Of a DNA stretch of 40,594 bases, positions 1 through 8,655 are shown piece by piece. Below the pieces are notes generated by a model. That model was not told the origin of the DNA. It saw only the letters and a list, made by a program, of their open reading frames with translations, and did no database searches. The position numbers and the translations under genes are program-made. Location: the IMG/VR virus record IMGVR_UViG_3300016464_000391, positions 1 through 40,594 of that record. One strand, written 5' to 3'. The number at the start of each line of letters is the position of its first letter. The first letter of the stretch is position 1. The stretch is from a virus. Lineage: Duplodnaviria; Caudoviricetes.

Positions 1-2
1 AA

Positions 3-170
3 GGTGAAGAACTTGAGCAGGTGTTGACCATGCTAAGACTCATGGGACCAGGCGAAGATTCAAACAACCAACATATATGGACCACGTCGTGGCGTGTAGG
101 CAATATCGAATATAATCTTCACAGCGGTGAAGGTTTTGAAGAATTAGAGGAAGTAGTAGACGATGAGTGA
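3..170 (+). CDS. Hypothetical protein, 5'-truncated by window edge
   Basis: Open frame GEELEQVLTMLRLMGPG...EEVVDDE ending TGA at 168-170 and overlapping the next ATG at 163; not in the ORF track. Confidence 0.55.
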   Translation, partial: GEELEQVLTMLRLMGPGEDSNNQHIWTTSWRVGNIEYNLHSGEGFEELEEVVDDE

Positions 171-459
171 CGGAGGAAAAGGCGATAGCCCAAGACCATT
201 CAGCGTAAGCCAAGAACAATACAGCGCCAATATGGATCGTATTTTTGGCGAGCGAAAACGCTGGGCTTTTGACAAGAACTGCAAGTGCTATCGTTGCATG
301 GGCATGAAAGTCGACGAACACACAGGATGGCCATTGACCATGAGCACATTTATTGTGTGCCCGGATTGTGGAAACAAACGTTGCCCAAAATCAACAGATC
401 ACACACTGGCCTGCACAGGCAGCAACGAACCAGGACAACCAGGCAGCAGATATGAATAA
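163..459 (+). CDS. Small Cys-rich (putative zinc-binding) hypothetical protein
   Basis: CxCxxC and CxxC-x3-C-x4-H-x3-C motifs; GAGG upstream. Confidence 0.65.
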   Translation: MSDGGKGDSPRPFSVSQEQYSANMDRIFGERKRWAFDKNCKCYRCMGMKVDEHTGWPLTMSTFIVCPDCGNKRCPKSTDHTLACTGSNEPGQPGSRYE

Positions 460-640
460 AGTCATACAAGAATTGATGCAACAAGCTGGCACAGATGTCA
501 GCGGCAAATGGATGAGCGTAGATAACGCCGAAAAGTTTGCAATGCTTGTGATTCAAGCGTATAATGAAGAACTAAAACAAGATCGCAGAGAAGTCAAAAG
601 CAGTCTGGGCTATAGCCGCATTGGATTAAGAAACATATGA
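452..640 (+). CDS. Hypothetical protein (MNKVIQELMQ...)
   Basis: ATG at 452 overlaps the end of the previous gene; ATGA overlap with the next ORF. Start trimmed from track ORF 353..640. Confidence 0.55.
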   Translation: MNKVIQELMQQAGTDVSGKWMSVDNAEKFAMLVIQAYNEELKQDRREVKSSLGYSRIGLRNI

Positions 641-822
641 TAGAACACTTTACAAAACAGATTGAAGAAGGTGCAACAGAAATGTTTTTCTACGCACTGG
701 AAAATGCAGATCAAACTCGAGTAGAAATTAAAAGTCACAAGGGAACCATTGACACATTTCCCAATTTGGAATATATTCGTCATTTGAGTGAAGGTGTTCC
801 ATTGTTTAAGGAAACAGCATGA
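637..822 (+). CDS. Hypothetical protein
   Basis: 61-aa ORF coupled by ATGA overlaps on both sides. Confidence 0.55.
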   Translation: MIEHFTKQIEEGATEMFFYALENADQTRVEIKSHKGTIDTFPNLEYIRHLSEGVPLFKETA

Positions 823-1742
823 AAGAACTATGGGTAGAAAAGTATCGTCCAACAACAGTGGACGGATATGTGTTTGTAGATGATGCACAGCGTGAGCAAG
901 TGCAAGCATGGATCCGAGATGGATCAATTCCACATTTGCTCTTAAGCGGGTCACCGGGCACAGGCAAGACCACGCTGGCCAAGATGCTGATCAATGAACT
1001 GGGTGTGGACGAATATGATGTTATGTTTGCCAACGGATCCAAAGAAGGTCGCAAGATTGAGTGGGTGGACAAGCTGATCAGCTTTTGCCAAACCATGCCG
1101 TTTGGCCGGTTCAAGGTTGTGCTAATCGACGAAGCTGACTATTTGAATCCCAACTCTGTGCAGCCGGCCATGCGTAACTTGATGGAAGACTACAGTCAGA
1201 GTGTGCGATTTATTTTGACCTGTAACTACCCCAACAAGATCATCCCGCCCTTGCACAGTCGTTGTCAAGGATTTCACATTACCAAAACAGATCAAACAGA
1301 GTTCACTGCCCGAGTGGCCACTGTGCTGGTCACAGAAGGTGTGGAGTTTGATTTGGACACACTAGACAGCTATGTCAAAGCAACATATCCAGATCTGCGT
1401 AAGTGTTTGAATCTTGTGCAACTCAACAGCCAAAGCGGTAAACTGGCTGCTCCCAGCGAATCAGATCGTAGCACCAGAGACTGGAAGCTAGACTGTGTGG
1501 ACTTGTTCAAGCATGGTCGTGTTCAAGAAGCTCGCAAGCTACTGTGTTCCAGTGCCAGTCCCGAAGAAGCCGAAGAAGTGTTTCGCTGGATGTATGACAA
1601 TGTAGAATTGTTTGGTAAATCCACAGAACAACAAGATCAAGCCATTGTGATCATTCGCAACGGACTGGTCAACAATACCATGGTTGCGGATCCTGAAATT
1701 AACTTGAGTGCCACGCTAATTGAACTCTCACAGCTCTCTTGA
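819..1742 (+). CDS. Sliding-clamp loader AAA+ ATPase subunit (T4 gp44 / RFC small subunit-like)
   Basis: N-terminal WVEKYRP, Walker A GSPGTGKT, Walker B IDEAD, SRC motif (LHSRC). Confidence 0.95.
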   Translation: MKELWVEKYRPTTVDGYVFVDDAQREQVQAWIRDGSIPHLLLSGSPGTGKTTLAKMLINELGVDEYDVMFANGSKEGRKIEWVDKLISFCQTMPFGRFKVVLIDEADYLNPNSVQPAMRNLMEDYSQSVRFILTCNYPNKIIPPLHSRCQGFHITKTDQTEFTARVATVLVTEGVEFDLDTLDSYVKATYPDLRKCLNLVQLNSQSGKLAAPSESDRSTRDWKLDCVDLFKHGRVQEARKLLCSSASPEEAEEVFRWMYDNVELFGKSTEQQDQAIVIIRNGLVNNTMVADPEINLSATLIELSQLS

Positions 1743-2835
1743 ACCTGCAGTTGACCCATCTAATAGGATAACATTTCTATTAGACTGGGAACTCACAATG
1801 AAGTGTAATCTTGATTGTGATTACTGCACTGTTGGGATTTATGGCGGACATGATAATACCCAGCGCCATCCGCAGGTGGCTGAATGTTCGAAGTCAATTG
1901 ACTTTATGTACCAGTATGCAGATGCCATGATGCAAAAACGTCGTAGTAGTTTGCGTCATGTTGTACTCAATGTGTATGGTGGTGAAGCTCTGAATCATCC
2001 CAACATTGTGGAGATATTGGAAGAAGCCAGATCAAAACACAAGGCATATCAAGACAAGTGGTCACTAAGAATAACCACAACCACCAATGCAATAGTTCCG
2101 GCCGCTAAGTTTAGCAAGATCATTGATCTAGTAGACGAATTTACTGTAAGCTGGCATACCAACAATACCAGTAAACAAAAACAGCAATTTCGAGAAAATA
2201 CGTTGGCAGCACAACAAAAAGGCAAGGCAGTTAAATGTGTTGTTTTGATGCATCCTGAGACAGAATTGTTTGCAGACGCTCAAGATCAAATTCAATGGTG
2301 CGAAACCAACGGTATTAAATTTTTACCAAGGCAACTGGATCACGATGTTGAATATACCGAATACAATTATCAGGAGCAGCAGGTGGTATGGTTTAAGAAA
2401 CTTTACCGGGCAAAAGAGCACAATACAAACACAGAATTTGTACCTGTAGTTGATTCTCAAGGCAACAATGATCTAGCAGATACCGGTCGTGCATGTTGCG
2501 GTGGTAGACAATTGTGTGCCAACGAAAATCACCGAGAGAGATTGTTCTTTGTAAGTAATAAATTCCCCAACTGGTATTGCAGTGTTGATAAGTTTTTCTT
2601 GTATGTCAAACAGGTCAATGGTGAAGTTTACGTTAACAAAGACTGCAAGATGAACCACAAAGGTGAAGTCGGTCCTATTGGACATTTGTCTCAATCCCAA
2701 CTAATCCTTGACAGTTTAACACAACCAATGCCAGTTATCCAATGTAAAAAGTACAAATGTGAATGCGGACTGTGTGCTCCTAAAGCACAAACATTAGATC
2801 AATACAATCAAATGATGGAAAAATACCTAGTATGA
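1720..2835 (+). CDS. Radical SAM protein with extra C-terminal Cys clusters
   Basis: CxxxCxxC (CNLDCDYC), GGE motif (YGGEAL), TTN strand, C-terminal C..C..CxxxxCxCxxC; exact start uncertain (TTG). Confidence 0.85.
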   Translation: MNSHSSLEPAVDPSNRITFLLDWELTMKCNLDCDYCTVGIYGGHDNTQRHPQVAECSKSIDFMYQYADAMMQKRRSSLRHVVLNVYGGEALNHPNIVEILEEARSKHKAYQDKWSLRITTTTNAIVPAAKFSKIIDLVDEFTVSWHTNNTSKQKQQFRENTLAAQQKGKAVKCVVLMHPETELFADAQDQIQWCETNGIKFLPRQLDHDVEYTEYNYQEQQVVWFKKLYRAKEHNTNTEFVPVVDSQGNNDLADTGRACCGGRQLCANENHRERLFFVSNKFPNWYCSVDKFFLYVKQVNGEVYVNKDCKMNHKGEVGPIGHLSQSQLILDSLTQPMPVIQCKKYKCECGLCAPKAQTLDQYNQMMEKYLV

Positions 2836-3143
2836 GATACCTAATTATTACCTATTACAAAAAAGCCAATGGCCAAACTGACGAAGCCACAGCAGTTGCT
2901 CGTAATCTAAAGGCCCGAGACATTCAAACTGCCACAGTTATCTTGGACTTTAAAAAGTGCGAGGTTGTCAAGGCAAGCATGGGCGGTGTCAACGTGCCCA
3001 AAAACTTTGACAACATTGTTGCTTACTACATGCAACACTACGAAAATATCATCACAAGATTGTTCAACGAAAATGGTTACGAAGTTAACCTGGAAAAAAC
3101 CGATGAAAACAAAACACAACCCCAAGAAACTAATCCTAGTTGA
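2832..3143 (+). CDS. Hypothetical protein
   Basis: ATGA overlap with the radical SAM stop; 103 aa. Confidence 0.65.
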   Translation: MRYLIITYYKKANGQTDEATAVARNLKARDIQTATVILDFKKCEVVKASMGGVNVPKNFDNIVAYYMQHYENIITRLFNENGYEVNLEKTDENKTQPQETNPS

Positions 3144-3708
3144 TGCCGACGGCGTACTGCTTAACTGGGAGTATGCCTTTGCCATATGGATGGAAGAACA
3201 TGGCTTTGCCAAAGTGGAAGGCGCTCAATTTATCTACGACATTGGTCAACGCTACGGCATTGATCCGGCACAGGGCAAAAAACTAATTCGCATGTTCAAT
3301 GAGTCAGCTGCCATTGGATTTTTACCCCCACATCGAGATGCCATGTACTATGTCAAACGACTGCATGAAGAGCATGGCTATGTGTTTCACTGTATTACTA
3401 GTCTAAGCAAAGATATCAACGCACAACGCCTGCGTGAAATGAATCTGTCAAAATTGTTTGGATCTACTGCATTTGAGAAGGTTGTGTGCTTGGACACAGG
3501 TGCAGATAAGAACTACGCACTGGAAGAGTATGCAGACTCTGGCTGCTGGTGGGTAGAAGACAAACCGGAAAACGCTGAAGTTGGACTGGACCTTGGTCTT
3601 CGAAGTGTGCTCATGGAGCATGGACATAATATGTATCATACCAACGAGCGAATTCCGGTTGTAAAAACGTGGCGTGAACTTTACGAACTGATCACTCAAT
3701 CAGCATAA
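3103..3708 (+). CDS. HAD-superfamily phosphatase, 5'(3')-deoxyribonucleotidase-like
   Basis: Motif I DxDGVL (VDADGVLLNW) and motif IV WVEDKPEN; start placed at ATG 3103 rather than track 2965. Confidence 0.8.
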   Translation: MKTKHNPKKLILVDADGVLLNWEYAFAIWMEEHGFAKVEGAQFIYDIGQRYGIDPAQGKKLIRMFNESAAIGFLPPHRDAMYYVKRLHEEHGYVFHCITSLSKDINAQRLREMNLSKLFGSTAFEKVVCLDTGADKNYALEEYADSGCWWVEDKPENAEVGLDLGLRSVLMEHGHNMYHTNERIPVVKTWRELYELITQSA

Positions 3709-4442
3709 AGCTTCAATACCGAGCCAATTATTCGGTGACGTTGGACATCTCGATTGTCCAATCCACACACAGCAATACCATTAACACCTCCTTTCTTCAA
3801 CCTTTCGCAGAGGTCCATCAAGCCATTATTGTCGCCTTGGCGATCGGCTTGCTCCACGTCTCCGGTGATAATGATCTTGCTGTTAGATCCAATTCTTGTC
3901 ATTAGCATTTTTACTTGTGCTGGCGTGGCATTTTGCATTTCGTCAGCGATAATCCATGCGTTCTTGAACGTGCGCCCACGCATGAATGCCAGTGGTGCTA
4001 TCTCTATTACTTGATCTTCAATCATTGCTAGGATTTCTTGCGGTCTATAATGTTCACGCATGACATCCAACAAGGGTCTTGTCCAAGGTTCCATTTTGGC
4101 AACTAGGTTGCCCGGGAGAAAGCCATGCTGTTCTCCTTCCACGCCTACCGCGGGGCGTGTCATAACAATGCGGTCAATCACTCCTTCTCTTAGGGCTTTT
4201 ACAGCGGCCAACATGGCCAGATAAGTTTTACCTGTGCCTGCGGGTCCTGCTGTGACTACTATGTGCTGTTCTGCATCTTGTAGAGCCAATACCAAACGTT
4301 CCTGATTCCTTGTGCGAGGAATCAAGTCTATGGGTCTCTGAGAGACTTTTCTTGTTTGGAATTGTAAGACGTTGTCTAGTTCTACTGGCATGCGACGGCT
4401 CTGTTGCTGTTGTTGTGCTTTTAAAGCGCGGTTTCTACTCAA
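3696..4442 (-). CDS. phoH: PhoH-family ATPase
   Basis: GPAGTGKT, GFLPG, RGRTF, DEMQN, TGDxxQxD motifs; GGAG SD before the TTG start. Confidence 0.95.
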   Translation of the reverse strand: MSRNRALKAQQQQQSRRMPVELDNVLQFQTRKVSQRPIDLIPRTRNQERLVLALQDAEQHIVVTAGPAGTGKTYLAMLAAVKALREGVIDRIVMTRPAVGVEGEQHGFLPGNLVAKMEPWTRPLLDVMREHYRPQEILAMIEDQVIEIAPLAFMRGRTFKNAWIIADEMQNATPAQVKMLMTRIGSNSKIIITGDVEQADRQGDNNGLMDLCERLKKGGVNGIAVCGLDNRDVQRHRIIGSVLKLYAD

Positions 4443-4488
4443 GTGCTAACTCCATTTCTTGTAGATTGACAGTTGCCTCTGTCAAGAG

Positions 4489-4495
4489 TATTTAG
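4489..4495 (-). promoter_or_regulatory. Putative late promoter (CTAAATA) for phoH
   Basis: Reverse complement of TATTTAG, about 47 nt upstream of the phoH start; same motif as found before many + strand genes. Confidence 0.45.
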
Positions 4496-4562
4496 AGTCG
4501 TTGATCAAAATATTCTATGGGTGTTGATTTTTGATTTCTGCGGACTAAGTATTAGGCTCCGT

Positions 4563-4568
4563 TAAATA
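4563..4568 (+). promoter_or_regulatory. Putative T4-type late promoter TAAATA
   Basis: 4 nt before ATG 4573, no SD; resembles the T4 late -10 element TATAAATA. Confidence 0.5.
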
Positions 4569-4572
4569 TAAT

Positions 4573-5253
4573 ATGAAACATTTATGGGTTAACGGCGACA
4601 GTCATACCGCAGGCGCACATGCACACGATGACATTGTGGATACGTTTGCCAAGCAATTGGCTGATCATTACAACATAGGTCATACCAATATTGCAGTAGC
4701 AGGTGGCAGCAATCAGCGCATAATCAGAACTACCATAGAGGCGTTGCCCAACCTTGATCCCAAGGACACATTTATTCTAATAGGCTGGAGTAGTTGGGAA
4801 AGAACTGAGTGGTACTTTGACAATCAGTGGCATGATATATGTGCCGATCCGGGCTACAATGTACCGGAGTTTATAAAACAACGCTGGCAAGAAAACAACG
4901 AGTATTTTCAAAAACACTTTGTTGACAAAACTGCCGAGCAAGAAATATGGCGTTGCGCCAAAGAACAGGAACATGCTATATGGACATTCCATAAATTGTT
5001 AGATAACTTGGGTTATAAATTTTTATTTTTCCTGGGTTGTGAGTATCCTTTTTTCCGTCAAGAACAAGGAAGTGCTAGTTCAGCATTGCCCTGGTTGCCC
5101 GGGACCTGGGCACATGATCCTTATACTGAATCTGGGTTTAGTCATTACAGCAAACAACAAGGATTTGTGCGTGACGATATGTGGCACTATGGCCAGTCTG
5201 CACATGATGCATGGGCACAATATCTACTTCCTTATCTTGAATCAAGATTGTAA
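4573..5253 (+). CDS. SGNH/GDSL-hydrolase-like protein
   Basis: N-terminal NGDSHTAG (block I), NIAVAGGSN (block II), C-terminal DxxH (DMWH). Confidence 0.65.
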   Translation: MKHLWVNGDSHTAGAHAHDDIVDTFAKQLADHYNIGHTNIAVAGGSNQRIIRTTIEALPNLDPKDTFILIGWSSWERTEWYFDNQWHDICADPGYNVPEFIKQRWQENNEYFQKHFVDKTAEQEIWRCAKEQEHAIWTFHKLLDNLGYKFLFFLGCEYPFFRQEQGSASSALPWLPGTWAHDPYTESGFSHYSKQQGFVRDDMWHYGQSAHDAWAQYLLPYLESRL

Positions 5254-5260
5254 ACGACGC

Positions 5261-5266
5261 TAAATA
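5261..5266 (+). promoter_or_regulatory. Putative late promoter TAAATA
   Basis: 5 nt before ATG 5272, no SD. Confidence 0.5.
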
Positions 5267-5271
5267 TATCC

Positions 5272-5850
5272 ATGGGACTCAGAGACGCAGAATTATTCAA
5301 AGACCACTCAGACTACTGGCAAGTGGCCAAAAACATTCAAGACATTTACTTGAGCGAAGGCAGCTTGCTGACCTTGCTGGATTTTGAACGTGTGTTAGAC
5401 GAACTAGACGTTTATGCATTCAAGAACTGGGAAATTGGTGAGTTAGTGACTGGACCAGAAATTGGCAAATACAAAGTCAGTGCTACATTTATGTGGCCCG
5501 AAAAGCTCATGCCCGATCCCAGAGGCGCACGACGACTGCTGCCATTTGACTGCGAAGTGCTTTACAAAAAAGTGCGCATGAAAATCCCTGTTAAGATCAA
5601 CGATCCTTCGGACTATGCTCCAGGCACACACAAAGCACGTATTGTGGAAAAGCCTGTGTGGCTGGTGGAAATCACCATACCCAAAGCTCTCATGAGCGAC
5701 ATCCGCACAGGATCTGTAGAACTGGAAGATCAAGACATTGACCTAGCAGACTTAGATGATGCATACGAGCAGGATCTAGACAAAGAAGAGTTTAAACAAG
5801 ATGAGCAACAACAGCAACAACCCCAAGCTCCTGCCGTTCCCGCTATTTGA
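5272..5850 (+). CDS. Hypothetical phage protein with acidic/Gln-rich tail
   Basis: 192-aa ORF behind TAAATA; no recognisable motif. Confidence 0.75.
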   Translation: MGLRDAELFKDHSDYWQVAKNIQDIYLSEGSLLTLLDFERVLDELDVYAFKNWEIGELVTGPEIGKYKVSATFMWPEKLMPDPRGARRLLPFDCEVLYKKVRMKIPVKINDPSDYAPGTHKARIVEKPVWLVEITIPKALMSDIRTGSVELEDQDIDLADLDDAYEQDLDKEEFKQDEQQQQQPQAPAVPAI

Positions 5851-6370
5851 GAGCCTGGAATACAAGGACCTAGACGGGCTGATGAAGCCCACTATTCACG
5901 TGGACGAATTCAGCTCAAAAATGGGCGACGATGATGATATCATTACCTTGAGCTTTTTTGTGCGTGATAATCAAGCTGCCAAGGACTTGATGAACTGGTT
6001 TGAAAAGGGCTATGACTTTGTGTTGGACGCTGACAAATCACCAGGTGAAATCAAACCCAATCGTTATCTAGTGTATGTGGAAATGCGCAGACGCAGCACA
6101 GCTGGCGGCAACGTAGAACTGTTGCTGGACGATCTAGGCACACTGACAGAGTTTAAAAAAGACGACTGGACCATGCACTATCGTGACCAAGAGTATCCAT
6201 TCAGCCGCGATCAATTTGACAGTGTTGTTCCATTGAGCCCAAAAGAATATCGCAAGCGTTTTGAGTCAGAAATGAACGAAATGCGTGTGGCAGCAGGCTT
6301 GCCCACTAAACAGATCTACGAGCGTGACAACGCTATCAAAGCAATTCAAAGCGCAGCAGGAATTATCTAA
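5801..6370 (+). CDS. Hypothetical phage protein
   Basis: 189-aa ORF; TAATG overlap with the next gene. Confidence 0.75.
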   Translation: MSNNSNNPKLLPFPLFESLEYKDLDGLMKPTIHVDEFSSKMGDDDDIITLSFFVRDNQAAKDLMNWFEKGYDFVLDADKSPGEIKPNRYLVYVEMRRRSTAGGNVELLLDDLGTLTEFKKDDWTMHYRDQEYPFSRDQFDSVVPLSPKEYRKRFESEMNEMRVAAGLPTKQIYERDNAIKAIQSAAGII

Positions 6371-7188
6371 TGCGAGCTCAAGAGTTTGTCACTGAAAAGT
6401 GGAGCACCAAATACAAGCGCAGTATTGATTGCTCACACCCAAAAGGGTTTAGCCAACGTGCTCATTGTGCCGGACGCCGAAAGAATGAAGATCTAGTAGA
6501 GTTTGCAATTGACAAGCCCAGTGACGGCGACGGACGTAGCAAACTAATTGGTTCTATCATGCGCTTGCTTCAAGCAGGCAACAGAGTGGATTTTTTTGTA
6601 CCCGGCATACGTGGACATGTTGTAGGTTCAGGTGGCAACGGGGATTGGCTAACTCTAAAGCGTTGGAAAAAGCCCTACAGCAAAGTCAATTACTCGTTGG
6701 CATTAGATGCCAGCGACGACAATCGTTTTGCTCTAAAAATGATCAACCCTGATTATTATCAAGTTGTTGAAAAAGATCAATTAAACGAATTTGCACCCGG
6801 TGCAGATGACAACAGAGAAAATGATCCTGAAGATGTGTTGTTCCGCTTTGCTAAAATGTGGTATTCCGCACCGGATGTGGCCACACAGCAGCGAGTAGAA
6901 CAAGCACTGGCCAAAATCGGCTGGGAAATCGGCGAGCTGGAATCGGAAGAAGGCGGTGCGTTTGTTATGCGTATCGGCGACGAAGATGGCGATAGCTATA
7001 TTGGCTGGAGTGAAGAACAGCTAGCTGATCAATTAAACGAACTCACATTCAAAGGTTCGCCTTGCACCAAGGACTGCTCGGGACATCGTGCAGGCTACGA
7101 GTGGAGCCGTAGAAAAGGCGGCGTAGACGCTGCTAGCTGGAGTCGCAGCTTCAACAACGGTGCTGCATTATTTAAAAATGGCTACTAA
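6370..7188 (+). CDS. Putative virion-internal modular protein with capsid-targeting-like N-terminus
   Basis: Starts MRAQEFVTE (cf. T4 internal-protein CTS MKTYQEFIAE); segments separated by KNE/LVE, QLNE and QLNE. Confidence 0.65.
   Translation: MRAQEFVTEKWSTKYKRSIDCSHPKGFSQRAHCAGRRKNEDLVEFAIDKPSDGDGRSKLIGSIMRLLQAGNRVDFFVPGIRGHVVGSGGNGDWLTLKRWKKPYSKVNYSLALDASDDNRFALKMINPDYYQVVEKDQLNEFAPGADDNRENDPEDVLFRFAKMWYSAPDVATQQRVEQALAKIGWEIGELESEEGGAFVMRIGDEDGDSYIGWSEEQLADQLNELTFKGSPCTKDCSGHRAGYEWSRRKGGVDAASWSRSFNNGAALFKNGY
6775..7041 (+). repeat. Exact 15-nt direct repeat GATCAATTAAACGAA (6775-6789 and 7027-7041), period 252 nt, in frame
   Basis: Read directly; both copies encode DQLNE. Confidence 0.9.
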
Positions 7189-7209
7189 AACTCCATAAGT
7201 AATTTCGCA

Positions 7210-7863
7210 ATGAAATTAAAGAGTTTTGGGTGCAGTTTCATTTTTGGAACTGACCTACACGATGACAGCCGCTTGGCTGTCAAAGCAACCCCCAGCAACC
7301 ACACATGGCCTGCACTGTTGGCTAAAAAGAACGGTTGGGATTATACCTGCTATGCTCGCCCGGGCGCAGGCAATTTAGAAATAACAGAACGCTTGCTAAG
7401 TCAGTTAACTGATGTAGAGCCTGCTGTGTATGTCATTGGCTGGACCTGGATTGATAGATTTAGCTACATCGGCGACAATGATTCCTGGTGGAAAAGCCCC
7501 TGGAAAACAGTAATGCCCATTGACTCAGACGCTCCTGCTGAAACATATTACAAACATTATCATAGCGAATTACGGGACAAATTAACTACATTGATCAATG
7601 TTAAGACTGCAATTGATTCTTTAAAGTCGTCAGGAAATCGCTTTATAATGACTTATATGGACGAACTGATGTTTGACACACGATGGAACACCACACCGGC
7701 TATATCCGCACTGCAAGGCTACTGCGAACCCTATATGACTCGTTTTGAAAATCGATCATTTTTAGAATATTCCAAAGAAAAAGGGTTTGAGATTAGTCAA
7801 ACCCTGCATCCCTTAGAAGCGGCACATGAGTCAGCCGCTAAATTAGTTTATAACTTAGTGTAA
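7210..7863 (+). CDS. SGNH-like protein (distant paralog of 4573..5253)
   Basis: FGCSFIFG, ARPGAGN, IGWT..R, C-terminal TLHP...H pattern shared with the 4573 ORF; TAAGTA 8 nt upstream. Confidence 0.6.
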   Translation: MKLKSFGCSFIFGTDLHDDSRLAVKATPSNHTWPALLAKKNGWDYTCYARPGAGNLEITERLLSQLTDVEPAVYVIGWTWIDRFSYIGDNDSWWKSPWKTVMPIDSDAPAETYYKHYHSELRDKLTTLINVKTAIDSLKSSGNRFIMTYMDELMFDTRWNTTPAISALQGYCEPYMTRFENRSFLEYSKEKGFEISQTLHPLEAAHESAAKLVYNLV

Positions 7864-8582
7864 ACAAAATAAAGACGTCCTAATTCAGTGGGCTCTTTTT
7901 TAAATTCATCCAGTCTCAAATTGTATTTTTCTGCAAAATGATTTACAATTTCAAATGTCCAGGGAAAAATATCCACATAAGGGCCTGTCTTGTGCGGCAA
8001 CCCTGGATTGGCCCGTAAGAAAAATTTGCCGCCCTTTTTGAGCAAATCAACACAGTGACTGAATCTTTGTTCAATTTCGTCTTGGCTGTTGAAATTGATT
8101 GAGCCCAGGGCAATGATCACATCGTGTGATTCGGGCTTTACTCGGTAATCTAAAATATCCACTTCATAGTCAGCAGCATCATTGTAAGGATCAATGCCAA
8201 TGATGTTGTTGATACGCCCTTTAAAAGGATGATATCCACAGCCCACGTCCAAGACCTTTTCGGGATTTAATTTATTGACTTCTTCCACTAAAGCCCAGCC
8301 CGAGTGATCATACTCGCCTGTGCGTGGGCGCCATATTTCAGCAAAGAATCTATGTGTATAGCGCTCACTTAGATCTGTCACAATTTCCTTTAGGGTGCCG
8401 CGATACTCGCAAGGCAGTGCAAGCTCTGCTTCCACAGCATCTTTGAACTTTGAGTAACGTGCAGGCGTCCAGGGCAGTTGATCTACCACTGTGTCAGCGT
8501 TGATTGTTAAGTTCTGATACTTGGGTAATTTAAATGCTTCTTGCAAATTTTTTGTTAGTAATGCAAAAATTTTAGTGTTCAT
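7848..8582 (-). CDS. Class I SAM-dependent methyltransferase with small N-terminal helical domain
   Basis: Motif I VLDVGCG, GIDP, DVIIALGS, LKKGGKF; start trimmed to ATG 8582 (MNTKIF). Confidence 0.85.
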   Translation of the reverse strand: MNTKIFALLTKNLQEAFKLPKYQNLTINADTVVDQLPWTPARYSKFKDAVEAELALPCEYRGTLKEIVTDLSERYTHRFFAEIWRPRTGEYDHSGWALVEEVNKLNPEKVLDVGCGYHPFKGRINNIIGIDPYNDAADYEVDILDYRVKPESHDVIIALGSINFNSQDEIEQRFSHCVDLLKKGGKFFLRANPGLPHKTGPYVDIFPWTFEIVNHFAEKYNLRLDEFKKEPTELGRLYFVYTKL

Positions 8583-8655
8583 GATAAAAATTTTTCCTTT
8601 TGATAAAATTTTGATATATACTTCAGAATTTCTAATACTATTTAAGGAGAACAAC

